Under the pieces are notes generated by a model. The model searched no databases and was not told where the DNA came from. It saw only the letters and a list, made by a program, of their open reading frames with translations. Made by a program: the position numbers and the translations under genes. Below are positions 7,505-16,220 of a stretch of DNA of 44,412 nt, piece by piece (the first letter of the stretch is position 1; each line of letters begins with the position of its first letter). Source of the stretch: Pirellulales bacterium (GTDB taxonomy: Bacteria > Planctomycetota > Planctomycetia > Pirellulales > UBA1268); assembly GCA_040260935.1 (NCBI GenBank), contig JBDQOY010000337.1, positions 1 through 44,412 of the forward strand. Direction: 5' to 3'.

Positions 7505-10500
7505 CGAGCAAAGCCCACGAAGAAGCTGAAGAGCTGCTGGCTGTCGTAGTCGGCGTATGAGACCGGCACCGCGAAGTCGAGTGCGATCGGCGCGGGGCCG
7601 AGGGCCGGCATGGTGATTCGCAGACCGAAGCCGGGCGAGACCCGCATGGTGTTGATCGACACATTGGACTCCACCGTACCGAAGTCGGTGAAGACGACGC
7701 CCCGCAGGGAATCGTCGGCGGTGATCGGGAACATGTACTCAACCGTATTGAGCCATTCAAACGGGCCACCAACGATCGCCAACTGGCCGTTGGTGCCGGC
7801 CTGTCGGGGGCTCGCCCCACGGAAGACAAAACCACGGAGGGTGTTGTAGCCACCGGCATAGAAGTTGTCGTAGGCCGGGGTGTCGGGGCCTGTCATTCCG
7901 AGCACCGAGCCGAATGACAGCACATGCCGCCCCGAGCCATCGGGCCGCTGGTTGAGCAGCCAGTACTGGCGACCCTCCAGCACCCCACGCGGATAGACGA
8001 AGGTGCCGATCACCTGCTCAAACTCAAAGGTGAGCAGATGGCCCTGCGTCGGCATGAAGGGACTGTCACGGGTGTCGTGGATGATGCCTGCGCTGAAACC
8101 GTACACGGCGTTGACGCCGAGCATGTTGTCAACCTCAGGGACGCCGGGAACCCGTGGGTCAAAGACATCGACGCTCTCTCCCCGGAAGCCGGCATTGACC
8201 GACAGGTCGGGGGCAAAGGCGAACTGATAGCCCAGGCCCACCCGGCCACCTACCCGGCCTTCGGCCCAGTCGTAGAAGTAGCGGGTGAAGTACGAGGCAC
8301 TCGTCGACAGCCCAACGCGGGTGTCGAACAGGTACGGCTCTTGGAACGTGGCGGTGTACCGCTGCAGCTGCGTGCCGGGGGCGGCCTCAAGCCGGAACCG
8401 CTGCCCGCCACCGCGGAAGGCGGTGCCGTTGCGGATGTCATCCCAGCTGGTTGGCAGGCGGGTAATGTCGAAGTTCTGTTCGTCAATGACGATGTTGCCG
8501 ACGAGGCCGGCGTTGGAGTTGACCCCTGCTCCGATCATCAGCCGTCCGGTCTGGGTCTCTTCGGCATCGACATCGACAATGACGTAGGGCTCACTGCCCG
8601 GAAAGACCTGAACGGGCGGCTGGGCGAAGCCCGGCATGCCCGGCTGGCCGAAGCCTGGCTGGGCAAATCCGGGTGGGGCAGAACCCGGTGGCAGCATGCC
8701 CGGCTGGAGCGGTTCGATCGGCTGTTGGGCCACCATCTGCGTCGGGCCAGCCGGCGGCTGCACCCGGCCGTAGGGCGTCGCCCCGGGACCGGTGGCACCG
8801 AGCGGGGCGCCACCCCAGGGGGCAGCGGCAGGCTGAGCCTGGGGTGTCTGCTGCACGACCGGGGCAGGGTAGGTCTGGCCAGCCGCCGGAGGGCTGCCGG
8901 TGAGCGTTGGGGGGGGCTGATAGCCGTAGGCTGCCGGCTGGCCGTAGCCGCCCGGGCTCTGACCTCGCCAGCGGGGTTGGCTGGCCGTCTGCGTCGCCTC
9001 GGCACTGGCGGCGGGGTGGTGCCCAGGTGCTGGCTGGTCAGCCGACGCCGCCTCGGCGGTCGCTGCGTCGACCGGTGCCAGGTCGCCTTCCAGCACCAGG
9101 TTGAGCACGGCCTCACCGTCGTCAGGGCTTTGGCCCCGGAAGCCGGGCTGGCTCGGATCGCGGGCGATCAGTTCATCGGCCGGCTCTGGCTTGCTGAAGA
9201 CAATCCGCGGCCCCTCGCCCTTGGCGGCATCACTGAGGAATAGGCCGCTGGAGGCAATCCGGCGTTCGTCGGAACGCAGCTTCCGAATATCGAGGATGTC
9301 ACCCGGTCGCAATGACAGCCGGTTGAGGATGACGTTGTGACGGGTGTGCGGATGCTCGCCGCGGATGTGGACGTTGATCTGACCGACCCGATACCGCTGT
9401 CCCTCGGCCACCTTGTAGACCAGGTCGAGTTCGCCCGGCTCTTCCAGGAACCGGGGATCGGCCTGGATGTCAGCAAAGACGAAGCCCCGGCCGCCATAGA
9501 TGTCACGGATCAGGCCGAGATCGGCATCCATCTGTGACTGGTTGAAAAACTCACCGCTCTGCAACTTGAGATCCCGCTCAAGGAACTCTTCCTTGAACCG
9601 GCTGTTGCCGATGAACGAGACGTTCCGCACCTTGTACCGGGGGCCTTCGTTGATGACGAAGGTCAGCAGGGCCCAGTCGCGGCCGATGCCATTGAGCACC
9701 TGAACCTCGCGGCCGATGCGGGCCTGGAAGAAGCCGAGGCTGCGGTAGTAGGCAGTCAGGGTTTCGGCATCGTTGTCGATTTTTTCATGATCGACATCGC
9801 CGCCCAAAAACCAGAAGACCCCGGGCTTTGAAGAGATCTGCGTCAGCAGCCGGGCATCGCTGGCGATCGTGTTGCCAACAAACGTGGTCCAGAGCGACTT
9901 GCGACTGCGGCCCTCGTCGATGAGAAAGACCGCCCCTTTGTCGCCGGGCCGCGAGCCTTCGACCGTCGTTACCCGGGCCGCCTCATAGCCCTTTTCATGG
10001 TAGTAACTTTCGAGCCGGCGACGGGCCTCTTCAACGACGTAGGCATCGATGGAGTCGCCCACCTCGATTTCGGCCTTCTTTCGCAGGGTGCGGGTGGTGA
10101 CCCACTGGTTGCCGACGAACTTCACATGCCGCAGGGTCGGCCGTTCGACCACCTCGAAGATGACCACCACACCCTGGCGCACCCGGACGTACTTCGGCAA
10201 GACATCGATGAACTTGCCGGACCGATGGAGTGTGCGAACATCCTCTTCAATCGATTGTGAATCAAAGAGCTGGCCCGCTCGCGTGGTCAGCTGCGGGAGT
10301 TTCGAGATCTCCACGGTCTCGTTGCCCTCGATCCGCACCTCGACGATCTGTTGGCTGTTGGCCGCAGGCGCAGCGGGCTCGACCGCAGGCAGCGGCTGTA
10401 GTGGCTGCTGGGCGTGGGCTGGTTGCCCACTGCAGGCGAGCAGTCCGATTCCGCTGCCCAGCAGCAGCCAGCACCATGCCGACAGGCTGGTGGGGCGGAA

Positions 10501-10542
10501 CGAGCCGAACGGAACCGATTCGTGGACGCAGGTGTGCGGCAT
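7501..10542 (-). CDS. bamA: Outer-membrane protein assembly factor BamA (Omp85)
   Basis: Signal peptide, five POTRA-type starts (IVEVRIEGN, VKFVGN, TFVGN, VSFIGN, INVHIRG), barrel motifs DTRDSPFMPTQG, FYAGGYNTLRGF, GFGLR...PIALDFA and a C-terminal FSFFVGF. Contains a long Pro/Gln-rich insertion. Confidence 0.92.
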   Translation of the reverse strand: MPHTCVHESVPFGSFRPTSLSAWCWLLLGSGIGLLACSGQPAHAQQPLQPLPAVEPAAPAANSQQIVEVRIEGNETVEISKLPQLTTRAGQLFDSQSIEEDVRTLHRSGKFIDVLPKYVRVRQGVVVIFEVVERPTLRHVKFVGNQWVTTRTLRKKAEIEVGDSIDAYVVEEARRRLESYYHEKGYEAARVTTVEGSRPGDKGAVFLIDEGRSRKSLWTTFVGNTIASDARLLTQISSKPGVFWFLGGDVDHEKIDNDAETLTAYYRSLGFFQARIGREVQVLNGIGRDWALLTFVINEGPRYKVRNVSFIGNSRFKEEFLERDLKLQSGEFFNQSQMDADLGLIRDIYGGRGFVFADIQADPRFLEEPGELDLVYKVAEGQRYRVGQINVHIRGEHPHTRHNVILNRLSLRPGDILDIRKLRSDERRIASSGLFLSDAAKGEGPRIVFSKPEPADELIARDPSQPGFRGQSPDDGEAVLNLVLEGDLAPVDAATAEAASADQPAPGHHPAASAEATQTASQPRWRGQSPGGYGQPAAYGYQPPPTLTGSPPAAGQTYPAPVVQQTPQAQPAAAPWGGAPLGATGPGATPYGRVQPPAGPTQMVAQQPIEPLQPGMLPPGSAPPGFAQPGFGQPGMPGFAQPPVQVFPGSEPYVIVDVDAEETQTGRLMIGAGVNSNAGLVGNIVIDEQNFDITRLPTSWDDIRNGTAFRGGGQRFRLEAAPGTQLQRYTATFQEPYLFDTRVGLSTSASYFTRYFYDWAEGRVGGRVGLGYQFAFAPDLSVNAGFRGESVDVFDPRVPGVPEVDNMLGVNAVYGFSAGIIHDTRDSPFMPTQGHLLTFEFEQVIGTFVYPRGVLEGRQYWLLNQRPDGSGRHVLSFGSVLGMTGPDTPAYDNFYAGGYNTLRGFVFRGASPRQAGTNGQLAIVGGPFEWLNTVEYMFPITADDSLRGVVFTDFGTVESNVSINTMRVSPGFGLRITMPALGPAPIALDFAVPVSYADYDSQQLFSFFVGFAR

Positions 10543-10744
10543 GAAGTGGACAACTCAAGTGGGGACGGAAGCCGCCTGACGGACCGGTCGGGTCGTGAGA
10601 GCCCGCCGGAGAAAGTCGCGGAGAAATACCGCAGCGGTCCATTTGCCCACAAGGCGAATCGCGGCCGCAGCATCAAAGAAACGGCCTGTCCAGCCACTTT
10701 TGGAAACCAAAGAGGCGTCAGGTGAATTACCCAGCCTGTGACGC

Positions 10745-10774
10745 TTGACTGGCTGGCGCAGCCTCCGATAGCGT
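10745..10774 (+). promoter_or_regulatory. Possible sigma70 promoter for the yrdC-ptp/rpiB unit
   Basis: TTGACT (10745-50), 18-bp spacer, TAGCGT (10769-74), in the divergent intergenic region. Confidence 0.35.
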
Positions 10775-10842
10775 TCAGGGGATGCCGCGTGACCATAGTT
10801 GTTGGGTTGGGCGGAGGCTTCCTGTTCTGTTTGCGTGCCGCC

Positions 10843-11979
10843 ATGACACCGACCATCCTCGACCTGACGCAGGCTGACGACACCCGCGATGTTGTCCATC
10901 GGGCGGTGCAGGCGCTGGCTGAGGGGAAACTGGTCGGGGTGCCGACCGAGTCCAACTATTGCCTGGCCGCGGCAGCCCATGCCCCCGCTGCCATTGAACA
11001 GGCCTGCGCGGTGGTGACGGCTGAGGCCGCTGAGCCTCCGCTCTCCATCGCGGTCAAAAGTGCGGACGAAGCGGCCGACTGGGCCCCAGGGCTTGAACCA
11101 TTGGCCCGGCGGCTGGCCCGCCGCTGCTGGCCCGGTCCCCTGGCGATGCTGATTCGCGGTGACCATCCCGATGGTCTGGTGCGACAGCTGCCTACAGGAG
11201 TGCAGCCACTGCTGCTGACGGCCGGGCGGTTGCGGTTTCGAGCGCCTGATCATGCCCTCCTCCGCGACTGCCTGCGGCTGTTTGCCGGGCCGGTCGTGTT
11301 GGCCGAGCCGGGTGATCCGGCCGCGCCTCCAGCCACCCTGGCTGACCTGCTCACTGCCTGCGGACCGAGTGTTGTGCCGCCGCTGGCAATCGATGCTGGG
11401 CCGTTGCCGCAGGGCGGCCTCGTGTCGACGGTTGCCATTGAGGCGGGCCGCTGCCGGCTGCTTCGTGGTGGTGCCCTCGATGAGGCGGCTCTGGCTCGGC
11501 TCTCTCGGCTTGTGGTGCTGTTTGTCTGCACGGGCAACACCTGCCGCAGCCCGATGGCAGAGGCGATTTTTCGGGATCTCGTCGCCCGTCGGCTCGGCTG
11601 TGAGCCCGCTGGCATTGAAGACCGGGGCGTGACGGTCGCCAGTGCCGGCCTCTCGGCCTGGGGCGGCAGTCCTGCCAGTGACCAGGCGGTCGAGGTGGTG
11701 GCCGAACAGGGCATCGACTTGGGTGGCCATGCCAGCCAGCCGCTGACCGAACGGCTGGTCCGGCAGGCCGATGTGATCTGGACGCTGACCGCCGCCCATC
11801 GGGCGGCCATTTTGGCCCAATTCCCCGACCTCGCCGACCGTGTCTGGATGCTTTCGCCCGGTCGCCGCGATGTCCTCGACCCGATCGGCGGGTCGCAGGA
11901 GATCTATCGCCGCTGTGCCGCCCAAATTCGTGAGCATCTGGAGTCACGAATCGATACACTAGGGCTGGCGTCGGGGTAG
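10843..11979 (+). CDS. Fusion: Sua5/YrdC (TsaC)-like domain + low-molecular-weight phosphatase (YwlE-type protein-arginine phosphatase)
   Basis: N-terminal half has GKLVGVPTESNYCL, WPGPL and RAPDH (YrdC fold). C-terminal half has VLFVCTGNTCRSPMAE, SAG and DPIGG (LMW-PTP). ATG at 10843. Confidence 0.88.
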   Translation: MTPTILDLTQADDTRDVVHRAVQALAEGKLVGVPTESNYCLAAAAHAPAAIEQACAVVTAEAAEPPLSIAVKSADEAADWAPGLEPLARRLARRCWPGPLAMLIRGDHPDGLVRQLPTGVQPLLLTAGRLRFRAPDHALLRDCLRLFAGPVVLAEPGDPAAPPATLADLLTACGPSVVPPLAIDAGPLPQGGLVSTVAIEAGRCRLLRGGALDEAALARLSRLVVLFVCTGNTCRSPMAEAIFRDLVARRLGCEPAGIEDRGVTVASAGLSAWGGSPASDQAVEVVAEQGIDLGGHASQPLTERLVRQADVIWTLTAAHRAAILAQFPDLADRVWMLSPGRRDVLDPIGGSQEIYRRCAAQIREHLESRIDTLGLASG

Positions 11980-12102
11980 TGCGGGCGGGCAGATGGTTCG
12001 CCGCTGCTGGGCCCGGTCGCAGCCAACCAGCGGGGCTCGGGAGGCGACCGCGACGCCGCTACATAATCACCTGATGGGACGGGTACAGCCCGGAGTGAAA
12101 CG

Positions 12103-12564
12103 ATGAAAATTGCGATCGGCAGCGACCACCGCGGAGTTGCCGCCCGCCGTCGTCTGATCGGTTTTCTGGAACGGCAGGGGCACGAGATCACCGACTGTGG
12201 CAGCCACGATGAGGAGGCGGTCGACTATCCCGACGTGGCGGCTGATGTTGCGCGGCGGGTGGCGCACGGCACAGCTGATCGCGGCATTCTGCTCTGTTGC
12301 ACTGGGGTGGGGATGGCCATCGCTGCCAACAAGGTGCCCGGCGTCCGGGCGGCGACTTGTCATGACGAGGTGGCCGCCGAAATGAGTCGACGCCACAACG
12401 ACCTCAACGTCCTCTGCCTGGCCGCTGAAATGGTCGGTGCGGAGCAGCAGGAGAAGATGACGGAACTCTGGTTGAGCACCCCCTTCGAGGGTGGCCGGCA
12501 TGAGCGGCGTGTCAGCAAGATTGCTGAACTGGAAGCGGCCGCCTGTGCCGAGCGGACCGTTTGA
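12103..12564 (+). CDS. rpiB: Ribose-5-phosphate isomerase B
   Basis: MKIAIGSDHRG, DYPD, C-TGVGM-IAANKVPGVRAA, RRHND-NVL, FEGGRHERRV-KI. SD GGAG upstream. Confidence 0.96.
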   Translation: MKIAIGSDHRGVAARRRLIGFLERQGHEITDCGSHDEEAVDYPDVAADVARRVAHGTADRGILLCCTGVGMAIAANKVPGVRAATCHDEVAAEMSRRHNDLNVLCLAAEMVGAEQQEKMTELWLSTPFEGGRHERRVSKIAELEAAACAERTV

Positions 12565-12862
12565 GCAGGCGGCCCCGGCCGTGTCCACCGGAGCCGACCA
12601 CCTCGGGTTCGCAGCCTGCGTGCTCAGCGTGCGGGTGGTCCCGCTGCCTGGGAATGCCGGGTAAATGCGGGGAAGCGGACGGCCGGCGAAGACTTGTCAT
12701 GTCGTAGCGGTCGTGCCGGAACACCGGCCGATTTTCGCGGAAAAAAAGCCCTCCGATTCGTTGCGTCGCCACACCCCGTTGGTAATGTCGGCGGTAAGAG
12801 GCTGTAGCTGGCATCGTCTGGAGATGCTCGACCGCAGCCGTTTCCTGCCGAAGGTTGCCGCT

Positions 12863-13480
12863 ATGAACTTTGCCGAAGCACCGAGCCCCGCCGAGGTTGA
12901 TTGCCTGCTGCAGAACGCCGAATTGCGGGACGCGATCGAGCCCTACCTCGACGACGAGACCCACGGCGACATCGATTTTTCAGGCATGCCGACCGAAGTG
13001 GAGAATCGGTACCTCGAGTCGATGCTCGCCTGGGAGCACGCCCCGCTCAAACCGGTGTCCTGCTGGTTTGAGCCACCGCTGCGGCTGCCACCGGCTGGCA
13101 CGCTCGCTCCGGAGCAGTTGCGGGAGCAACTCTGGAGCGTGATTGACCGGCTCTATGCCGAGCGGATCGTGCTCGACTTCACCGATCATCTCTGCGACCG
13201 GGATCTCTACAACCTGATTCGGCGAGAGATTCTCCCGACGCCGATCAAGCGGGTCGATCTGCCGGACAACTACTTCCACTGGGACTGCAGTGCCGTCGGT
13301 GCCCTGCCGGAACTCGGTGTCGGCCAGTGGTACCCGGAGCCGGTGCTCGACTCGCTGATCTGGCTGACCTACTACGCCGACGCTGCCGAACGGGCCGAGT
13401 GGGAGGCCGACTTTGGTGTCGATCTGCCCCCCCGTGAGGTTCCGCCCTATCAGCGGGCGTTGCCGACAGCCCCAGTCTGA
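12863..13480 (+). CDS. Hypothetical acidic protein
   Basis: Open frame with genome-like codon usage and protein-like composition (LDFTDHLCDRDLY, WLTYYA). No family recognised. Start at MNFAE chosen; alternatives lie upstream. Confidence 0.75.
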   Translation: MNFAEAPSPAEVDCLLQNAELRDAIEPYLDDETHGDIDFSGMPTEVENRYLESMLAWEHAPLKPVSCWFEPPLRLPPAGTLAPEQLREQLWSVIDRLYAERIVLDFTDHLCDRDLYNLIRREILPTPIKRVDLPDNYFHWDCSAVGALPELGVGQWYPEPVLDSLIWLTYYADAAERAEWEADFGVDLPPREVPPYQRALPTAPV

Positions 13481-13654
13481 TCGGCAGACCGGTCGGTCAC
13501 CGGCGCCGCTGCGTCCTCTGGAGTGCGTCTGCAACTCCGGTTGACGTGGGCCGCCAGCCTGCAACACTTCCGACCGGTTCGTTGCTGCGGCCTTTCGGTA
13601 GCGCTGGTGCTGGGGCAACGAAAATCTGAAGCAGCGTCTGCAGCGAGGTGGGTG

Positions 13655-14815
13655 ATGAGGATGCAGTCTGAGGTGGGCCGTGGCGCGGGGTGTCGCTGGA
13701 TCCTTGGCCTCATGGTGGGGCTTGTGGGTGTGGCTGGCTGGCCGGCACCAGGGCTGTCAGCGGCACCCGCATCACTGGCTGCTGCCATTGCCCGGGCATC
13801 GCAGTTCCTCATCGAGCAGGGGCAGGAACCCGACGGCAGTTTTTCGCCGCAGGTTGGTCCGGCAGTGACGGCCCTGGCGGTGACAGCCCTCGTCGAGTCG
13901 GGAACGCCCGCTGATCACGCTGCGGTCACGAAAGGGATCGACTATCTGTTGTCTTTCCGTCAGCTCGACGGTGGCATTCACCGGCCCAACTCAACTGTCG
14001 CCAACTATGAGACAGCGATTGCGCTGGTGGCCCTCGTGGCCAGCAACACAGACGGCCGGCATGACGATACCCTGGCGGCAGCCCAGCGGTTTCTCACTGG
14101 GATCCAGTGGGACGGTGCTGAGGCAGGGGTAGAGAGCCCCACCTACGGCGGCGCTGGCTACGGCAGCCATCAGCGGCCTGATCTCTCCAACACCGCCTTC
14201 CTGATTGAAGCGTTGCGTACAGCCGGTGCCGGTGAGGATGACCCAGCCATCCAGCGGGCGTTGGTCTTTGTCTCGCGGAGCCAGAACCTCGAGGGGCCGC
14301 ACAACACGTTGCCGCTGGCAACGAAAAACCCGGATGGCGGCTTCTACTACACACCGGCCAACGGCGGGGAGAGTCAGGCCGGCGAGACGCCTGCGGGCGG
14401 CCTGCGGAGTTACGGATCGATGACCTACGCCGGGCTCAAGAGCATGATCTATGCCGGGGTTGCCAAGGATGATCCCCGCGTGGTCGCGGCGACCGACTGG
14501 CTGAGGCGGCACTACACGTTTGCTGAGAATCCGGGCATGGGGGATGCGGGGCACTACTACTATCTGCACACTGCGGCCAAGGCCCTTGATGCCCTCGGCG
14601 AAGAAACCGTCCGTGCTGCTGACGGCACCAGCCATCACTGGCGGGAGGAACTGGCCGCCGTGATTCTTTCCCGCCAGCAGCCGGACGGTTCGTGGGTGAA
14701 TACCAACCCGCGGTGGCTGGAAGGCGATGCCAATCTGGTCACCAGCTACGCCTTGCTCGCCCTCTGCCGCTGCCAGTCCCAGGCCACATCACCCGCTGAT
14801 GAAAAACGTGATTGA
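13655..14815 (+). CDS. Secreted prenyltransferase/squalene-oxidase-repeat (alpha/alpha toroid) protein
   Basis: Signal-peptide-like N-terminus. Repeats QEPDGSF, RQLDGGI, NPDGGFYY, QQPDGSW; also RPDLSNT and SYGSMTYAGLKS. Single barrel with no DXDD motif. Confidence 0.85.
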   Translation: MRMQSEVGRGAGCRWILGLMVGLVGVAGWPAPGLSAAPASLAAAIARASQFLIEQGQEPDGSFSPQVGPAVTALAVTALVESGTPADHAAVTKGIDYLLSFRQLDGGIHRPNSTVANYETAIALVALVASNTDGRHDDTLAAAQRFLTGIQWDGAEAGVESPTYGGAGYGSHQRPDLSNTAFLIEALRTAGAGEDDPAIQRALVFVSRSQNLEGPHNTLPLATKNPDGGFYYTPANGGESQAGETPAGGLRSYGSMTYAGLKSMIYAGVAKDDPRVVAATDWLRRHYTFAENPGMGDAGHYYYLHTAAKALDALGEETVRAADGTSHHWREELAAVILSRQQPDGSWVNTNPRWLEGDANLVTSYALLALCRCQSQATSPADEKRD

Positions 14816-14849
14816 GCATGGCCGCTGGTTTGGCAGCAGTCAGCGTTGG

Positions 14850-16151
14850 TCACTGCGGCCGAGGGATGGTGGCGTAATGAGCCAGCGTGCGGGTGAGGCA
14901 AGCGTGAGCCTGCGCAGCGTCCGGCGGGAGCTGCGTGCCGGCAAGATCCTGCTGCTCCAGCGGGTCGGTCGCCACGTGATAGAAGCGTCCACCCGCATAG
15001 AGCTTGTAGCTGGCGGTGCGGGCAAACGCCTTGGCCTTGCTGCCATCGCGGGAGTACCAGATGAAAATGGCATCGCGGTGGGGCGTGGGATCCCCCCGGA
15101 GATTCGCGAGGAAGCTCGTTCCGTCCAGCGGCAGCTCGGCTGGCGGCCTGATATCCGCTGCTTCGCACAGCGTCGGCAGGAGGTCGCTGAGATCAGCGGC
15201 ATGGTGCACGACATGACCTGTCGCGAGCGCACCCGGCCAGCTGGCCACGCAGGGAACCCGGGTGCCGGCATCGGTCAGGCTGCCCTTGCCGCCGACCACC
15301 TTCCCAAACGTTGTCTGTGAGACGATCGGCTTGTCGGTGCCGTTGTCACCGAGAAAGACCAGCAGGGTGTTCTCCCGCAGGCCCCGTGCACGGAGGGCGG
15401 CGTCGATGCGGCCGACCGTCGTGTCGACATACTGCACCATCTCGGCAAAGGAGGCGGGATTCCCCTTGTAACTGGTTGAGCCACGTGAGGCTGGGTCCCA
15501 GGCTGCCGAGTCGGGCGGTGGTGAAAACGGACAGTGGCTGAGCACCATCGGGTAATAGATCAAGAAGGGTTTGTCGCGATCCTGATCGATGAAGTCTTCA
15601 AAGAAATCGACAAACAGATCGGCGGAGTACTGTCCGCCGTCGTAGTCGACCGGGACGCCGTTGCGTTCCAGCCGCGGGTTTGCATAGCGAGAGTCATGCC
15701 CATCGATTGTGGCAGGTCGGGTGTGCTGCCAGAGCAACGCCTCATCAAAGCCGAAGTGCTGGGCCGCATCCGGCTCTTTGCCGAGTTGCCACTTGCCGGC
15801 AATGCAGGTGCGGTACCCAGCCTGCTGGAAGAGGTGGGCAAAGGTCGTCTGACCGCGGGGCAGCAGCCCAAACCGTTGATAGTTGCGCCGGTTCGACTGG
15901 CCGGTCATCAGTTTGACACGGGTCGGGGTGCAGAGGGGCTGGGCATGAAACTGTGCAAACCGCACACCGGTTGCCGCCAGTTGATCGAGTGCCGGGGTGT
16001 TGTAGTCGAGGCTGCCGCTGGAGCCGAGGCACTCATAGCCGAAGTCGTCAGCCATGATCAGCACCACATTGGGCCGCTCAGCAGCCTCGATGCGGGCATG
16101 CTGGGTCAGTAGCAGACCTGCCCAGAGCAGGTGGGAGAGGAGCGTCTTCAT
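14850..16151 (-). CDS. Sulfatase (formylglycine-dependent, arylsulfatase-like)
   Basis: Signal peptide, RPNVVLIMADD, CTPTR (CxPxR), GKWQL, GDNG, GKG...GTRVP. Confidence 0.93.
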   Translation of the reverse strand: MKTLLSHLLWAGLLLTQHARIEAAERPNVVLIMADDFGYECLGSSGSLDYNTPALDQLAATGVRFAQFHAQPLCTPTRVKLMTGQSNRRNYQRFGLLPRGQTTFAHLFQQAGYRTCIAGKWQLGKEPDAAQHFGFDEALLWQHTRPATIDGHDSRYANPRLERNGVPVDYDGGQYSADLFVDFFEDFIDQDRDKPFLIYYPMVLSHCPFSPPPDSAAWDPASRGSTSYKGNPASFAEMVQYVDTTVGRIDAALRARGLRENTLLVFLGDNGTDKPIVSQTTFGKVVGGKGSLTDAGTRVPCVASWPGALATGHVVHHAADLSDLLPTLCEAADIRPPAELPLDGTSFLANLRGDPTPHRDAIFIWYSRDGSKAKAFARTASYKLYAGGRFYHVATDPLEQQDLAGTQLPPDAAQAHACLTRTLAHYATIPRPQ

Positions 16152-16220
16152 GCTTGTTGGTCCTCGATGCTGGCGGTCGTGGGAATTAGGTGGGCTGTGG
16201 CCGGGGAGTCAACGGCTGGG

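Noticed and set aside
12799-12870. GGCTGTAGCT resembles a tRNA 5' end
   Set aside because: No T-arm GTTCRA at the proper distance, no cloverleaf and no matching acceptor stem.
13655-14815. Squalene-hopene cyclase (shc) call
   Set aside because: Too short (single barrel), lacks DXDD and has a signal-peptide-like N-terminus.
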